Origin: Gammaproteobacteria bacterium
GTDB taxonomy: Bacteria; Pseudomonadota; Gammaproteobacteria; Eutrophobiales; Eutrophobiaceae
DNA: 64,000 nt
Assembly (NCBI GenBank): GCA_963422205.2
Contig: CAXMWX010000009.1
Coordinates: 262,721 to 326,720, forward strand
Direction: 5' to 3'
Position 1 is the first letter of the stretch. Each line of letters starts with the position of its first letter. A program made the position numbers and the translations under genes. The notes beneath the pieces are model-generated. The model searched no databases and was not told the origin of the DNA. It saw only the letters and a program-made list of their open reading frames with translations. Shown here piece by piece: positions 36,636 through 49,492 of the stretch.

Positions 36636-38834
36636 ATGCTTAATTTTTGTAAACATTTTTGCAATATACGCAATATAACTGGGATGAGGTCTACAGGCGC
36701 CCCGAGTAAATCCACGGTGAGTAAATCCACGATGAATAAATCCAGCGCGGCATTCCTGGTCACCCTGCTGGTGCTTGCTGCACAAACGCCTGTCATGGCG
36801 GCCACCCTGGATGACATCAGCTTCTCATCCCTGCCCGGCGATCGGGTGCAACTGGTGATGACATTCTCTGAGCCCTTGCAGGAAGAGCCGGTCAATTTCA
36901 TGATTGACAATCCGGCGAGGATAGCTGTCGATCTGCCCGATATTGGCCTGAACCTGGAAGAGAAAAGCCAGGCCATAGGCATTGGTGCGGTACACAGCGT
37001 GGCCGCTGTCGAGGCGGCGGGCCGTACCCGTGTCGTTATCAATATGGTCAGTTCGGTTGCCTATGACATGGCTATGGACGGTGATCGATTATTGATGACC
37101 CTGGGCTCAGAGGACATCGCCACAGCCATCTCGCCCGGGCCCAGCACTTCGGCCTATACCTCATCAGCCAGCCAGGCCACAGGTTCCGGTGCGGCGATAG
37201 AGAACATTGATTTTCGGCGTGGCGATTCCGGTGAGGGCCGGATCATCGTCACCCTGTCAGATCCTTCCGTGCCGGTTAATCTTGGCAGCGAAGGCGGCCA
37301 GATCGTGGTGGATTTTATGTCCGCCGCCCTGCCTGGCGATCTGGATCGGCGGCTGGATGTGGTTGACTTTGCAACGCCGGTTAAAGAGATCGACACCTCG
37401 GCCATCGCCAGCGGTGCCCGCATGGTTATCTCAACGGTCAGCGATCAGTATGATCACTTGGCTTATCAGACTGAAAATATTTTTACCGTTGAGGTCAGGG
37501 CTTTGACCACCGAAGAGAAAGAAGAACAGGAAAAGGAGAAGTTCGGCTACACCGGGGAACGGCTATCGCTTAACTTCCAGAGCATTGAAGTGCGCGCCGT
37601 GTTGCAGCTAATCGCCGATTTTAACGGCTTTAACCTGGTGACCAGTGACACGGTGGGCGGCAACCTCACCCTGCGTTTAAAGAACGTGCCCTGGGATCAG
37701 GCGCTGGATATCATCTTAAAAGCCAAGGGCCTGGGCGTACGCCAGGAAGGCAATGTGATGACGGTAGCCCCGGCCGAGGAGATTGCTGCCCGGGAGAAGC
37801 TGGAACTGGAATCACAAAAACAGGTTGAGGAGCTGGCGCCGCTGCGTACCGAATTTATCCAGATCAACTATGCCAAGGCCAGTGAGTTGGCGGCGCTGAT
37901 TCAGGAAGGCGACTCCAGCCTCTTGTCAGAGCGGGGCAATGTCTCCATTGATGAGCGCACCAATACCCTGATCGTGCAGGATGTAGCCTCCAGCCTGGAA
38001 GCCATACGCAGCCTGATCGTCAAGCTGGATATCCAGGTGCGCCAGGTGATGATCGAGGCCCGCATCGTCAATGCTGATGAGAGCTTCACGAAAGATCTGG
38101 GCGTGCAGTTCGGGTATTCGAAAAGTTCGAATGCCTTAAGCGGAACGAATTTGTCTGCCAGAGGGGGTGGGGTCTTGCCGGGCGGTGTGGTTATCGGCGA
38201 TGGGAATGCTGAAAATATTACTGGCATTAATGCCGGTGATGATGCAGATGGCCTGCTGGTCAACCTGCCGGTGCCGGGCGCCACCTCGGCTGCCGGTCTG
38301 GTGGTTGGCAAGATCGGCTCGTATCTGTTGCAGTTGGAGTTATCCGCTTTGCTGGCCGAGGGGCGTGGCGAGGATATCTCCAGCCCACGGGTGATCACGG
38401 CCAACCAGCGAGAGGCGGTGATTGAGTCCGGCGTGGAAATTCCCTTCCAGGAGGCCTCGTCCAGCGGGGCGACTTCGGTGGCCTTCAAAAAAGCGGTGCT
38501 GGCTCTGAGGGTCACGCCACAGATCACCCCGGATGATCGGGTGTTGCTGGATTTACAGGTCAGCCAGAACACCCGTGGCTCGCCGGATGTGCTGGGTGTG
38601 CCGCCGATCAATACCCGTAATGTGGTCACGCAGGTGTTGGTGGATGATGGCGAGACCGTTGTGCTAGGTGGGATCTATAACCAGGTCGATCGTGACTCGA
38701 TTGACAAGACACCGTTCTTCGGCGACTTGCCCTACCTTGGCTTTCTGTTCAAGAAAAAGCGTACCGAGAAATCCAAGACAGAACTGCTGATCTTTGTCAC
38801 CCCAAAGATTCTCAAAGAAGAATTAAGCCTGTAA
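36636..38834 (+). CDS. pilQ: Type IV pilus secretin PilQ
   Basis: AMIN domains, YTGERLSLNFQ, VPWDQALD, ELLIFVTP. Start 36636 (GAGG RBS) or 36732. Confidence 0.96.
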   Translation: MLNFCKHFCNIRNITGMRSTGAPSKSTVSKSTMNKSSAAFLVTLLVLAAQTPVMAATLDDISFSSLPGDRVQLVMTFSEPLQEEPVNFMIDNPARIAVDLPDIGLNLEEKSQAIGIGAVHSVAAVEAAGRTRVVINMVSSVAYDMAMDGDRLLMTLGSEDIATAISPGPSTSAYTSSASQATGSGAAIENIDFRRGDSGEGRIIVTLSDPSVPVNLGSEGGQIVVDFMSAALPGDLDRRLDVVDFATPVKEIDTSAIASGARMVISTVSDQYDHLAYQTENIFTVEVRALTTEEKEEQEKEKFGYTGERLSLNFQSIEVRAVLQLIADFNGFNLVTSDTVGGNLTLRLKNVPWDQALDIILKAKGLGVRQEGNVMTVAPAEEIAAREKLELESQKQVEELAPLRTEFIQINYAKASELAALIQEGDSSLLSERGNVSIDERTNTLIVQDVASSLEAIRSLIVKLDIQVRQVMIEARIVNADESFTKDLGVQFGYSKSSNALSGTNLSARGGGVLPGGVVIGDGNAENITGINAGDDADGLLVNLPVPGATSAAGLVVGKIGSYLLQLELSALLAEGRGEDISSPRVITANQREAVIESGVEIPFQEASSSGATSVAFKKAVLALRVTPQITPDDRVLLDLQVSQNTRGSPDVLGVPPINTRNVVTQVLVDDGETVVLGGIYNQVDRDSIDKTPFFGDLPYLGFLFKKKRTEKSKTELLIFVTPKILKEELSL

Positions 38835-38946
38835 ATCATCACTGTTCACACCGGCTGGCTGGTAGAAAGATTTCTCTGCCAGCTGGCCTCATCGCCAGCA
38901 GCGGCTTTCGCTTTCATGTATGACAAGATCGATGGCATGGGTTTGC

Positions 38947-39468
38947 ATGCGGCATATTAACAATATTTATCTGGTGGGGCCGATGGGGGTGGGCAAGACA
39001 ACGATTGGCAAACACCTGGCAAAGAAGCTGCGTAAGGGATTCATGGATTCTGACAGGGAAATAGAAAAACGCACCGGTGTGACGATCAGCACCATCTTTG
39101 ATATTGAAGGCGAAGCGGGCTTCAGGAAACGGGAGACAAACATGCTGGCCGAGCTTGCAGCGCATGATGATATCGTCCTGGCGACCGGTGGCGGTGTTGT
39201 CTTGAGTGAGCGTAACCGGCAGTTGTTATCTGCACACGGTTATATCATTTATCTTAAAGGTGATGCCGATAATCTGTGGCAGAGAGCCGCAAGACACAAG
39301 CACAGGCGACCCTTGTTAAATACAGATGAGCCAAAAAAGCGCTTGCAAGCATTGCTCAGAACACGGGCCCCGCTCTATAAACAGCTTGCTGACATGATTG
39401 TCAGCACAGATGACAGACCCATCCATAAAGTGATCAATGAGATAAGCAACAAGCTGCACAGTTTATGA
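38947..39468 (+). CDS. aroK: Shikimate kinase
   Basis: GPMGVGKTT, GEAGFR, ATGGG, RPLL motifs. Confidence 0.96.
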   Translation: MRHINNIYLVGPMGVGKTTIGKHLAKKLRKGFMDSDREIEKRTGVTISTIFDIEGEAGFRKRETNMLAELAAHDDIVLATGGGVVLSERNRQLLSAHGYIIYLKGDADNLWQRAARHKHRRPLLNTDEPKKRLQALLRTRAPLYKQLADMIVSTDDRPIHKVINEISNKLHSL

Positions 39469-40559
39469 AAGCGCTGCATGTTGATCTGGCCGAGCGGAGT
39501 TATCCCATCTATATCGGCAAGGGTTTGCTGGCTGACTGTCAGCGGTTGCTGGCAGATAAGCTAAATACCCAGGTGATGATTATCAGCAACACGACCATCG
39601 CCCCGCTGTATTTGGATCAACTCAAACAGGCTCTGTCTGGCTATCACCTGCATAGCTTCATCATCGCCGATGGCGAAAAATACAAGACAGTTGACACCTA
39701 CACAGACATCATCACTGAACTGCTGCACCGACGGCTGCATCGCCAATGTACCCTGATCGCCCTGGGGGGTGGGGTGGTGGGCGACATCAGCGGTTTTGTT
39801 GCTGCAACCTACCAACGGGGGGTGGGTTATATCCAGGTGCCGACCACGCTGCTGGCACAGGTCGACTCCTCGGTCGGCGGCAAGACGGCGGTCAATCATG
39901 CCCTGGGAAAAAATATGATCGGCGCCTTCTACCAACCCCAGGCCGTGCTGGCTGATATCGGGGTGCTGGATACCTTGCCGGGGCGTGAGTTCAATGCAGG
40001 CTTGGCGGAAGTTATTAAATATGGCTGCATTAATGATGCGGATTTTTTTGCCTGGCTGATGGACAATGTGGCGGCTATGCAGCAGGGCGAGCCGGAGGCA
40101 ATCGCCGTTGCCGTAGAGCGCTCATGCCGTAACAAGGCTGAGGTGGTCGCACAGGATGAGACTGAACGTGGCGTGAGGGCGATCCTGAATCTGGGTCATA
40201 CCTTCGGCCATGCGATTGAGACGGCACAGGCATATCAGGATTGCCTGCATGGTGAGGCGGTGGCGATTGGCATGGCGATGGCGGCTGATCTGTCGGTGCG
40301 TGTCGGGCGGCTGGCAGAGGCTGACAAGGAGCGCATCCATCAGCTGTTGCGGCTGGCCGGGCTGCCGGTACAATTACCATGCAACGTGACTGCCGCAACG
40401 CTTGGAAGCCACATGGCTATGGACAAAAAAGTCAAAGATGGCCGGTTAAATCTGGTGTTGCTGGATGCGATCGGCCATGCTGTGGTGACGGCGGACGTTG
40501 CCGAGTCTCAACTGATGGCCACCATCAACGCCTTTATGCCATCACGGGCATCGGCATAA
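39465..40559 (+). CDS. aroB: 3-dehydroquinate synthase
   Basis: GGGVVGD, PTTLLAQVDSSVGGKT, LNLGHTFGHAIE motifs. Confidence 0.97.
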   Translation: MKALHVDLAERSYPIYIGKGLLADCQRLLADKLNTQVMIISNTTIAPLYLDQLKQALSGYHLHSFIIADGEKYKTVDTYTDIITELLHRRLHRQCTLIALGGGVVGDISGFVAATYQRGVGYIQVPTTLLAQVDSSVGGKTAVNHALGKNMIGAFYQPQAVLADIGVLDTLPGREFNAGLAEVIKYGCINDADFFAWLMDNVAAMQQGEPEAIAVAVERSCRNKAEVVAQDETERGVRAILNLGHTFGHAIETAQAYQDCLHGEAVAIGMAMAADLSVRVGRLAEADKERIHQLLRLAGLPVQLPCNVTAATLGSHMAMDKKVKDGRLNLVLLDAIGHAVVTADVAESQLMATINAFMPSRASA

Positions 40560-41683
40560 TGGCAGAGCTGGCCCCCTATGCCGCCCATGCCGCCTTATCC
40601 AAAGGCCGCCTCTTTGTCGAACCAGCACCCAGCTTGCGCGATCATTTTCAACGTGATCGTGATCGGATCATCCACTCCTCCGCCTTTCGTCGGCTGGAGT
40701 ATAAAACCCAGGTGTTCGTGAATCATGAGGGTGATATGTTTCGCACCCGGCTCACGCACTCCATCGAGGTCGCGCAAATCGGTCGGACAATGGCGCGCGC
40801 CCTGCGGCTGAATGAAGACCTGACCGAGGCAATCTGTCTGGCGCATGATTTGGGTCATACTCCGTTCGGTCATGCCGGGCAGCATTCCCTGAACAACTGC
40901 ATGGGTGATTATGGCGGGTTTGAGCATAATTTGCAGTCTTTGCGGGTGGTCGACCGGCTGGAAGAGAAATATGCGGCATTTCCCGGCCTGAACTTAACCT
41001 ATGAGACCCGCGAGGGCATTTTGAAGCATTGCCCCGAAGACAAGGCGCGGGAAATCGGCGCACTCGGCGAGCGTTTTTTACGTGGCACACAGCCGTCTCT
41101 GGAGGCCCAGCTCGCCAACCTGGCCGATGAGATCGCCTACAACACCCATGATGTGGATGATGGCATACGTGCCGGGATGCTGACGATTGAGCAGTTGTGC
41201 GAGTGTGCCCTGATCGCCGAGCATTACGATGCGGTGTGCGGGCAATGGCAGCAGCTATCGCCACCGCGCCTGCGCCACGAAATTATCCGCCGCCTGATCA
41301 ATGCCCTGGTAGAAGACCTGGTATCCACCACTCAACACAGCATAGAGGCGCTGGCGCCGGGCAGCATTAAGGCCATTCGTAACACAACGACAGCGCTGAT
41401 CGCCCTGAGTGATCACATGCAGACCAGGCATCAGCAGTTGAAACGTTTTCTCATGCAGCACCTGTATCGGCATGAGCGGGTGATGGAGATGGCCAATCAT
41501 GCGATGACCATCGTCACGTCTTTGTTTGATGCGTACATGAACGACAGTACCTTGTTGCCAGAGGAATTTAAGCAGAAGATAAGACAGGCGGATGAAGCCC
41601 ACAAACCCCGTGTGATCGCCGATTATATTGCCGGCATGACCGATCGGTTTGCGATAGCAGAGCAGCAGCGCATCCTGCATTAG
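40559..41683 (+). CDS. dgt: Deoxyguanosinetriphosphate triphosphohydrolase-like protein
   Basis: FQRDRDRIIHS.AFRRL..KTQV, RTRLTHS, AHDLGH, DYIAGMTD. ATG 40559 overlaps the aroB stop. Confidence 0.94.
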   Translation: MAELAPYAAHAALSKGRLFVEPAPSLRDHFQRDRDRIIHSSAFRRLEYKTQVFVNHEGDMFRTRLTHSIEVAQIGRTMARALRLNEDLTEAICLAHDLGHTPFGHAGQHSLNNCMGDYGGFEHNLQSLRVVDRLEEKYAAFPGLNLTYETREGILKHCPEDKAREIGALGERFLRGTQPSLEAQLANLADEIAYNTHDVDDGIRAGMLTIEQLCECALIAEHYDAVCGQWQQLSPPRLRHEIIRRLINALVEDLVSTTQHSIEALAPGSIKAIRNTTTALIALSDHMQTRHQQLKRFLMQHLYRHERVMEMANHAMTIVTSLFDAYMNDSTLLPEEFKQKIRQADEAHKPRVIADYIAGMTDRFAIAEQQRILH

Positions 41684-42161
41684 CCGTTCATCGTCAGCCC
41701 TTATCGTTAAGATTGAGCCGGGCTGACCGGTCAAGCAAAAGAGTCCCCCCGATATGCCGCACCCCCCAGGATAAGATAAGGATACAATCGCTGCGCTCAG
41801 GGCGTCGCCCTGCCATAGCATCAAGACACCGGCCAGTGCGGCATGTCTGCCCCGGCGGCGGCGTATCTGTCAGGGAAATCGCCAGAAACCTCATACAGCA
41901 ACAGCCCGCCACGCCGCTTTTTGGACATATCATATCTGCTTAATATCGCTTTAATGTGCTTAAAAGCAGTAAAATTCTCCTAACTTTCTTTAACATGACT
42001 CATGGAATATTTCCGCTGTGGTGACATCAATACCCTGCTTGATTATAATCACTGCCCTTTTGTTTTACGTGCATGGCTGGAAGAGAATGCTGGCACCTGC
42101 ACGTTCACTAACGAATGATGGCTGGCCTTGAGATGACCAGCGCATAAATTACGCAGAGTCT

Positions 42162-45100
42162 ATGATAAAAAATAAAAAAAATGACCGGCAGTTCCCGCCG
42201 GTCCGAAATCCTGATAAGAGGCTTAATCCTGATAAAGGGCTGTATGATTCGGCCTATGAGCACGATGCCTGTGGTGTCGGCTTTGTTGTCGACATGCAGG
42301 GGCGAAAATCGCACAAGATCGTTGCCGATGCCATCACCATATTGCAGAACCTGCTGCATCGGGGCGCCTGTGGTTGTGAAGAGAATACCGGTGATGGTGT
42401 CGGCATCCTGTTACAGAAACCGGATAAATTTTTCCGTCGGGTGTGTGCAGAGCATGGCATCAACCTGCCTGCCGATGCCGATTATGGCACTGGCCTGGTT
42501 TTTCTGCCGCACAACAGCGAGCAGGCCCGGCAATGCCAGGACATCGTTGCACGCATTGTTCACGAGGAGGGCCAGCAGTTGCTGGGCTGGCGTGCTGTGC
42601 CGACCGATGATGCGTTGCTTGGCCCGACGGCCCTGGCGAGTGAGCCGGCGTTCAGCCAGGTCTTTATCGGGCGGGCGCCTGCGCTGGGCAGTGCCGCCTT
42701 TGAGCGCAAGCTCTATGTGATCAGAAAACGAGTGGAACATGCCATCGGCGAATCGGCGATGAGTGAGCGCGCCCTGTTTTATATCCCCTCATTATCGGCG
42801 CGCACCTTCATCTACAAAGGCATGCTCACTGGCACACAGCTGGAGCCGATGTTCCCCGACATCACCGACCCGGATGTGGAGTCGGCCATGGCGCTGGTGC
42901 ATCAGCGCTTCTCCACCAACACTTTTCCCTCCTGGGAGCTGGCGCAACCGTTTCGCTATCTCGCCCATAACGGCGAGATCAACACCGTCCGGGGCAATGC
43001 CAACTGGATGCTGGCGCGCCAGGCCCTGTGCCAGTCAGCCGAATTGGGTGAAGATTTGCAGAAAATTCTGCCCATCGTGATTGAGGGCGGCAGCGATTCG
43101 GCCACCTTCGATAATGTGTTTGAATTTCTGCACATGGCCGGCAGACCGCTGGCGCATGTCATGATGATGATGATCCCGGAGGCCTGGAGCGGCCATGAGA
43201 GCATGGATGAGCGGCGCCAGGCATTTTATGAATACCACGCCTGCCTGATGGAACCCTGGGACGGACCGGCATCCATGGCCTTCACGGATGGGGAAGTGAT
43301 CGGCGCCGTGCTAGACCGGAACGGCCTGCGGCCCTCGCGTTATTACGTCACTCATGATGATATCGTGATCATGGCCTCTGAGGTCGGCGTGCTGGAAGTC
43401 CCGCCGGAGCAGGTCAAGCGCAAGGGACGCCTGCACCCTGGCCGTATCTTTCTGGTGGATACCCGGGCCGGCCGCATCATTGATGATGCTGAACTCAAGG
43501 CCGAGTTTATCAACGCACACCCCTATGGCACCTGGCTGCGGAAAAACCTCATGCCGATTGAAAACCTGCCTAACCCCAGGAGCATCCACGGCACCGACCC
43601 CGAGACCCTGCTGCAAAGGCAGCAGGTATTCGGTTATACCCATGAGGATCTGCGGGTGCTGGTGGCGCCGATGGCGGCGAGCGGCCAGGAGCCCATTGGT
43701 TCTATGGGTACCGATGCGGCGCTGGCGGTGTTATCCAATCGCCCGCGGCTGTTATACGATTATTTCAAGCAGTTATTTGCCCAGGTGACCAACCCGCCGC
43801 TGGATGGAATCCGCGAGGAATTGGTCACCCAGGTGGCCAGCACGATCGGCCCGGAAGGCAATCTGCTGGCCCCTGCCGCTGAGAATTGCCAGCGCATTCG
43901 CCTGCACTCGCCTGTGCTGACCAATGCCGAGTTAGCCCGGATTCAGGACATGAGTCTGGCCGGATTTACCTCCCGGGTGATCCCGATTCTCTATCCGGTG
44001 GCGGCGGGTGCGGCCGGGCTTGCCAGGGCGCTGGATGAGGTGTGCGCCGAGGCTGATGCGGCGATCAATGAGGGGGCAGGTTATATTATTTTGTCTGATC
44101 GTGGCGTGGATGCCCAGCGGGCGCCGATTCCCGCCCTGCTGGCGACCGCTGCTGTGCATCATCATCTGATTCGGGGCGGCAGGCGCATGCGTACTGGCTT
44201 GTTGCTGGAGTCTGGCGAGCCCAGAGAGGTGCATCATTTCGCCGTGTTGATTGGCTACGGCGTTGAAGCCGTGAACCCGTACCTGGCCTTTGAGTCGATC
44301 AGCGCCTTGATCGGGGCTGGCTTTGTGCCTGAGATGGCCTTTGATAACGCCGTGCAAAACTATATCAAGGCGGTGAACAAGGGGCTGATAAAGACCATGT
44401 CGAAGATGGGGATCTCCACGGTACAGTCTTACCGTGGCGCACAGATCTTCGAAGCGGTTGGTTTGGACAAGACGTTTATTGATACCTATTTTACCTGGAC
44501 GGCTTCACGCATCGGCGGGATTGATCTCAATGTGATTGCCGCAGAGGCGAGCGGGCGTCATCACCAGGGATTTCCGAGGCGCAAGGTAAAACCGGCTGAT
44601 CTCAACTGGGGCGGTGAGTATCAATGGCGGCGCGATGGTGAGTATCATTTATTTAACCCGGAGACCGTGTTCAAGCTGCAACATGCGACCCGCTCCGGGC
44701 AGTACCGGATTTTCAAGGAATACACCCGCCTGGTGGATGAGCAGAGCGAGCATCTGGCCACCTTGCGCGGTTTACTGGCCTTACAAACGCTGGCCGAGCC
44801 GATAGCGCTGGATGAGGTGGAGTCGGCAGCCAGCATCATGCGGCGATTCTCCACCGGCGCCATGTCTTATGGTTCGATCAGCAAGGAGGCGCACGAGACC
44901 CTGGCGATTGCCATGAATCGCATTGGCGGTAAATCCAATACCGGCGAGGGCGGCGAGGATGCAGAGCGGTTTACCCCGGATGCGAATGGTGACTTGCGGC
45001 GCAGCGCAATCAAGCAGGTGGCCTCCGGTCGCTTTGGCGTGACCAGCGATTATCTGGTCAATGCCGATGACTTGCAGATCAAGATGGCCCAGGGTGCCAA

Positions 45101-46766
45101 GCCGGGCGAGGGCGGACAGTTACCGGGCGCCAAGGTCTATCCCTGGATTGCCGAGGTGCGCCATGCCACGCCCTGGGTGGGGTTGATCTCCCCGCCGCCA
45201 CACCATGATATCTACTCGATCGAAGACCTCGCGCAGTTGATCCACGATTTGAAGAACGCCAACCCCAGGGCGCGGGTGCACGTGAAGCTGGTGGCCGAGG
45301 TGGGCGTTGGCACGGTGGCGGCGGGCGTGGCCAAGGCACATTCGGATGTGGTGTTAATCTCCGGCTATGATGGCGGCACGGGTGCATCGCCCCTGAGTTC
45401 GTTAAAACATGCCGGCCTGCCGTGGGAGCTGGGGCTGGCTGAAACCCAGCAGGTGCTGGTGCGAAACAAACTGCGTGATCGTATCATCGTACAGACCGAT
45501 GGGCAGTTGAAGACCGGGCGCGATGTGGTGATCGCCGCCCTGCTGGGGGCTGAGGAATTTGGTTTCTCTACAGCGCCGCTGGTGGTCAGCGGGTGTATCA
45601 TGATGCGAGTCTGTCATTTGAATACCTGCCCCGTTGGTGTGGCGACCCAGGATGAGCGCCTGCGGGAGAAATTCGCCGGCAAGCCGGAGTTTGTGGAAAA
45701 CTTTTTTCGCTTTATCGCCGAGGAGGTGCGCGAGTATATGGCTGACTTGGGCTTTCGCACAGTTGATGAGATGGTGGGGCGTGTGGACAGGCTCAATACA
45801 AAAACAGCCATCGATCACTGGAAGGCAGGCGGGCTGGATTTGTCCAATATATTGTACCAGCCCGAGGCCGGGGCGGAAGTCGGTATTCACTGCACCAGGG
45901 CGCAGGATCATGGCCTGGAAAAATCGCTGGATGTGACCACGCTGGTGCCGCTGTGCCAGTATGCACTGGAGGCAAAAAAGCAGGCGGACATCATCCTGCC
46001 GATTAAAAACACGCACCGTTCAGTCGGCACGATACTGGGGTATGAGATCACCCGGCGCTATGGCAGCGAGGGCCTGCCGGAGGACACGGTGAACATTCAT
46101 TTCAATGGCTCTGCCGGTATGAGTTTTGGTGCGTTTGTGCCGAAAGGCGTGACCATGACGCTGGAAGGTGATGCCAATGATTATATTGGCAAGGGGCTGT
46201 CCGGCGGCAAGATCATCGTCTATCCTCCTCGTGCTTCCACCTTCGTGGCCGAGGAGAATATTCTGGTGGGCAATGTGGTGTTATACGGTGCCACCTCGGG
46301 CGAGGCGTTTTTTCGCGGCATCGCCGGCGAGCGCTTTTGTGTGCGGAACAGCGGCGTGCGGGCAGTTGTTGAAGGCGTGGGTGATCATGGTTGCGAGTAC
46401 ATGACCGGTGGGCGGGTGATCATCATCGGCAAGACGGGCAGAAACTTTGCCGCCGGTATGTCGGGTGGTATTGCTTATGTGCTGGATGAGCAGGCTGACT
46501 TTGCGATCAACTGCAACACGGAGATGGTCACCCTTGACAGCTTGGCCGAGGAGGATGAGGTGTTGGTAGAAGCCATGCTGAGAAAACATCTGCACTACAC
46601 ACAAAGCGCAGTTGCCGGGCGTATTCTGGCTGAATGGGCGGATTACCAGCATCGCTTTGTCAAGGTGATGCCGGAGGATTACAGAAAAGTGCTGGAGGCG
46701 ATCAAGCGGGGCCGGGCGAAGGGCTTGTCTGAAGAGCAGGCGATTATGGAGGCGGCCAATGGGTAA
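42162..46766 (+). CDS. gltB: Glutamate synthase large subunit
   Basis: [38 protein letters not shown] motifs. Confidence 0.97.
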   Translation: MIKNKKNDRQFPPVRNPDKRLNPDKGLYDSAYEHDACGVGFVVDMQGRKSHKIVADAITILQNLLHRGACGCEENTGDGVGILLQKPDKFFRRVCAEHGINLPADADYGTGLVFLPHNSEQARQCQDIVARIVHEEGQQLLGWRAVPTDDALLGPTALASEPAFSQVFIGRAPALGSAAFERKLYVIRKRVEHAIGESAMSERALFYIPSLSARTFIYKGMLTGTQLEPMFPDITDPDVESAMALVHQRFSTNTFPSWELAQPFRYLAHNGEINTVRGNANWMLARQALCQSAELGEDLQKILPIVIEGGSDSATFDNVFEFLHMAGRPLAHVMMMMIPEAWSGHESMDERRQAFYEYHACLMEPWDGPASMAFTDGEVIGAVLDRNGLRPSRYYVTHDDIVIMASEVGVLEVPPEQVKRKGRLHPGRIFLVDTRAGRIIDDAELKAEFINAHPYGTWLRKNLMPIENLPNPRSIHGTDPETLLQRQQVFGYTHEDLRVLVAPMAASGQEPIGSMGTDAALAVLSNRPRLLYDYFKQLFAQVTNPPLDGIREELVTQVASTIGPEGNLLAPAAENCQRIRLHSPVLTNAELARIQDMSLAGFTSRVIPILYPVAAGAAGLARALDEVCAEADAAINEGAGYIILSDRGVDAQRAPIPALLATAAVHHHLIRGGRRMRTGLLLESGEPREVHHFAVLIGYGVEAVNPYLAFESISALIGAGFVPEMAFDNAVQNYIKAVNKGLIKTMSKMGISTVQSYRGAQIFEAVGLDKTFIDTYFTWTASRIGGIDLNVIAAEASGRHHQGFPRRKVKPADLNWGGEYQWRRDGEYHLFNPETVFKLQHATRSGQYRIFKEYTRLVDEQSEHLATLRGLLALQTLAEPIALDEVESAASIMRRFSTGAMSYGSISKEAHETLAIAMNRIGGKSNTGEGGEDAERFTPDANGDLRRSAIKQVASGRFGVTSDYLVNADDLQIKMAQGAKPGEGGQLPGAKVYPWIAEVRHATPWVGLISPPPHHDIYSIEDLAQLIHDLKNANPRARVHVKLVAEVGVGTVAAGVAKAHSDVVLISGYDGGTGASPLSSLKHAGLPWELGLAETQQVLVRNKLRDRIIVQTDGQLKTGRDVVIAALLGAEEFGFSTAPLVVSGCIMMRVCHLNTCPVGVATQDERLREKFAGKPEFVENFFRFIAEEVREYMADLGFRTVDEMVGRVDRLNTKTAIDHWKAGGLDLSNILYQPEAGAEVGIHCTRAQDHGLEKSLDVTTLVPLCQYALEAKKQADIILPIKNTHRSVGTILGYEITRRYGSEGLPEDTVNIHFNGSAGMSFGAFVPKGVTMTLEGDANDYIGKGLSGGKIIVYPPRASTFVAEENILVGNVVLYGATSGEAFFRGIAGERFCVRNSGVRAVVEGVGDHGCEYMTGGRVIIIGKTGRNFAAGMSGGIAYVLDEQADFAINCNTEMVTLDSLAEEDEVLVEAMLRKHLHYTQSAVAGRILAEWADYQHRFVKVMPEDYRKVLEAIKRGRAKGLSEEQAIMEAANG

Positions 46767-48207
46767 GATAACCGGCTTCATGGAGTTCGCGCGGGAAAAA
46801 CAGCCGTATCGCCCGGCGCAGAAACGTATGCAGGACTGGCAGCAGGTGATGGCGCCCTGGCCGGTTGAGCCGCTGAAGACCCAGGCGTCACGTTGCATGG
46901 ATTGCGGCATTCCGTTTTGTCATCAAGGCTGTCCCCTGGGCAACCTCATCCCTGAATGGAACGATCTGGTGTATCGCGATCAATGGCTGGAGGCGATGCA
47001 CCGTCTGCATGCAACCAATAATTTCCCGGAGTTTACCGGCACATTATGCCCGGCTCCCTGTGAGGGTGCCTGCGTGTTGGGGATTAACGATGATCCGGTG
47101 AGCATCAAGGCGGTGGAATTGGCCATCATTGACAAGGCGTGGGAGAACGGCTGGATCAAGCCGGAACCGGCGGCCACCCGCACGGGGAAAAAAATCGCCG
47201 TGGCCGGCTCCGGCCCGGCCGGGCTGGCGGCTGCCCAGCAACTGGTACGCGCAGGTCATGCTGTTACGGTGTTTGAGCGTGCTGATCGCCTCGGTGGTTT
47301 ATTGCGCTATGGCATTCCTGAGTTCAAGATGGAGAAGCGTGTGCTGGATCGTCGTCTTGAACAAATGCGAACAGAAGGTGTGGCGTTTGTCACACGATGC
47401 GCTGTCGGGGTGGATAAAACGGCGGCTGAATTGCAGGCGGAATTTGATGCCGTGTTACTGGCGGGCGGGGCGACACAGTGTCGTGATCTGTCGCTGCCCG
47501 GTCGTGAATTGAGCGGGATTCATCAGGCGATGGACTATCTGCCCCTGCAAAATAAACGCTGTGCGGGCGATGCGATTCCAGCGTCCGACCTCATCAGCGC
47601 CGAAGGCAGGCGGGTGGTGATTATCGGTGGCGGTGATACCGGGGCGGATTGCCTCGGCACCGCCAATCGCCAGCGGGCGAAGTCGGTTCATCAACTGGAG
47701 ATCATGCCCAGGCCGCCGACAAGCCGGGCGATAGATAATCCCTGGCCGGAGTGGCCGCGCATCTACCGTGTGGCCTCGGCCCATGAGGAGGGGGTGGAGC
47801 GGGTGTATGCGGTCTCCACCAAGCGCTTTATCGGTGATGAGAATGGCCAGGTCAGCGCGTTGGAACTGGTCAGGGTAGAGATGAGACAGGATAACGGGCG
47901 CCCCCGTTTTGTCGAGGTAGCGGGTTCTGAATACCGGCTGCCATGTGAGTTGGTTTTGCTGGCGATGGGTTTTCTCGGCCCGGAGCAGTCCGGCATGTTG
48001 GCGGCATTCGGTGTTGAGTTGACCGAGCGCGGCAATGCCAGGCGGGATGCGAACTGGATGACCAACGTTGAAGGTGTGTTTACCGCTGGCGATATGCAGC
48101 ACGGGCAATCACTGATTGTCTGGGCGATAGCCGAGGGCCGCTCTGCCGCCCGGGCGATCGATCACTACCTGATGGGCGAGTCAGACTTGCCTGCACCGCT
48201 TGCATGA
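46759..48207 (+). CDS. gltD: Glutamate synthase small subunit
   Basis: [34 protein letters not shown] motifs. Confidence 0.96.
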   Translation: MGKITGFMEFAREKQPYRPAQKRMQDWQQVMAPWPVEPLKTQASRCMDCGIPFCHQGCPLGNLIPEWNDLVYRDQWLEAMHRLHATNNFPEFTGTLCPAPCEGACVLGINDDPVSIKAVELAIIDKAWENGWIKPEPAATRTGKKIAVAGSGPAGLAAAQQLVRAGHAVTVFERADRLGGLLRYGIPEFKMEKRVLDRRLEQMRTEGVAFVTRCAVGVDKTAAELQAEFDAVLLAGGATQCRDLSLPGRELSGIHQAMDYLPLQNKRCAGDAIPASDLISAEGRRVVIIGGGDTGADCLGTANRQRAKSVHQLEIMPRPPTSRAIDNPWPEWPRIYRVASAHEEGVERVYAVSTKRFIGDENGQVSALELVRVEMRQDNGRPRFVEVAGSEYRLPCELVLLAMGFLGPEQSGMLAAFGVELTERGNARRDANWMTNVEGVFTAGDMQHGQSLIVWAIAEGRSAARAIDHYLMGESDLPAPLA

Positions 48208-48255
48208 AGCCGCTCTGTAATACGTCGCCGCTCGCCCATTAATATTATTTAAGTA

Positions 48256-48612
48256 TTATTCCCCATCCCGCCCTGCTGCTTCCCTGCCAGGCGGCACAAG
48301 CCGGGGTGCTACAGTGATAGTGGTGTCAATCTCCGCCGGCGGTTCTAACTGCTGGCTATACAGAAATTCCTCGGCCTCTGCCTTGTTATCCGCTGCCAGA
48401 GAATCATCGGTGTCGGGTTGCTCAAGCACGGCGGCGGGCCTGGTCGGTCGGCCCTGCTCTGCGGGCAGTACCACGGTGTCCAATCTGAACAAGCGGGTAA
48501 AATAATCATCGTCTGCACCGCCGATGAGAAAGCGCATAAAGCTGATCAGACCAAGTGCTATCGCAACCCCAGAGGTGCTGGCAATGGCAAAGCGCTTGGC
48601 AGTATGTAGCAT
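48256..48612 (-). CDS. Hypothetical membrane-anchored Pro/acidic protein resembling a TonB N-terminal half
   Basis: RFAIA..GVAIALGLISFMRFLI anchor, then P/E/D-rich linker; no TonB C-terminal domain. Start uncertain. Confidence 0.5.
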   Translation of the reverse strand: MLHTAKRFAIASTSGVAIALGLISFMRFLIGGADDDYFTRLFRLDTVVLPAEQGRPTRPAAVLEQPDTDDSLAADNKAEAEEFLYSQQLEPPAEIDTTITVAPRLVPPGREAAGRDGE

Positions 48613-48786
48613 GGCCGGATTATCAGCCTTCATCCGGGTAAAGTCTACTGTGCTGTGATGCTGCATCTGATTAGGTGTCATGCTATCCTGGGTATTGACA
48701 GCACGCATAAAAAACAAGATAAATGGCAGGTGCAATCAGATTGATGATTTTAACTTGATAAAAATATACCGCCACTGAACTGCCCC

Positions 48787-49476
48787 ATGCCTGTTAGCAA
48801 CGCATTATCCCTGCTCTTAGTCTTGCTGTGTGTCTCAGCCGATGCGGCAGGGGCGCTGCAAAAATGTACCGCCGTCTCTTTGGATTTGCCGGACTACAGT
48901 GCTGATCCGATAGCGGGGTTTAAACCCGCTGCTGCATATCTGGCCGAGATTGATGAGCTGAAAAAACAGGGAATATACAGCCCGGCCCTGGTGCCTGTGT
49001 TGCTGGAGTTTGGCCTGCTGCAACAGCAAAATAATGCACATGATGCTGCTATTAATTATTTTACAGCCGCCATGCTGACGATGAAGGTGAACAACGGGCT
49101 TTATCATGCAGCGCAACTGTCCATTATTGATCTGTTAATAACAAGTCATATTGCGCTTGAAAACTGGCAGGCGGTGACGGATTATTATGATAAAAAATAC
49201 TGGCTGATCAACAGAAACTATCCGGATGGCAATCCGGCTATCTTGCCGATCATCAAGGAAGTCAGGCAGTGGCACAGAGATGCCTATAACAAACAGACTG
49301 GCCGATCATTGCAACAGCATTTCACCGTATCGGAAAAAATTTATCATCAGGCCATGGCTGTGATCGAACGCTGTGGTGGCACAAGGCGAGAGGCATACTG
49401 CTTCTGGCACCGGGCCTGTTGTGCTGATGCCCGCCCTGAATACGGTGTTTGCCCGCTGGACAAATTCTCTGAATAG
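48787..49476 (+). CDS. Exported TPR-like helical protein with Cys-rich tail
   Basis: Signal peptide; helical repeats (FGLLQQQ..HDAA..YF...VNNGLY); five Cys in the last ~35 aa. Confidence 0.7.
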   Translation: MPVSNALSLLLVLLCVSADAAGALQKCTAVSLDLPDYSADPIAGFKPAAAYLAEIDELKKQGIYSPALVPVLLEFGLLQQQNNAHDAAINYFTAAMLTMKVNNGLYHAAQLSIIDLLITSHIALENWQAVTDYYDKKYWLINRNYPDGNPAILPIIKEVRQWHRDAYNKQTGRSLQQHFTVSEKIYHQAMAVIERCGGTRREAYCFWHRACCADARPEYGVCPLDKFSE

Positions 49477-49492
49477 ACTTGCTGGCTACCAG

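Noticed and set aside
38852-38888. Imperfect hairpin after pilQ as a terminator
   Set aside because: Mismatched stem with no immediate U-tract; pilQ-aroK readthrough is common.
41684-42161. ncRNA or riboswitch upstream of gltB
   Set aside because: No recognisable conserved RNA motif; consistent with an ordinary promoter region.
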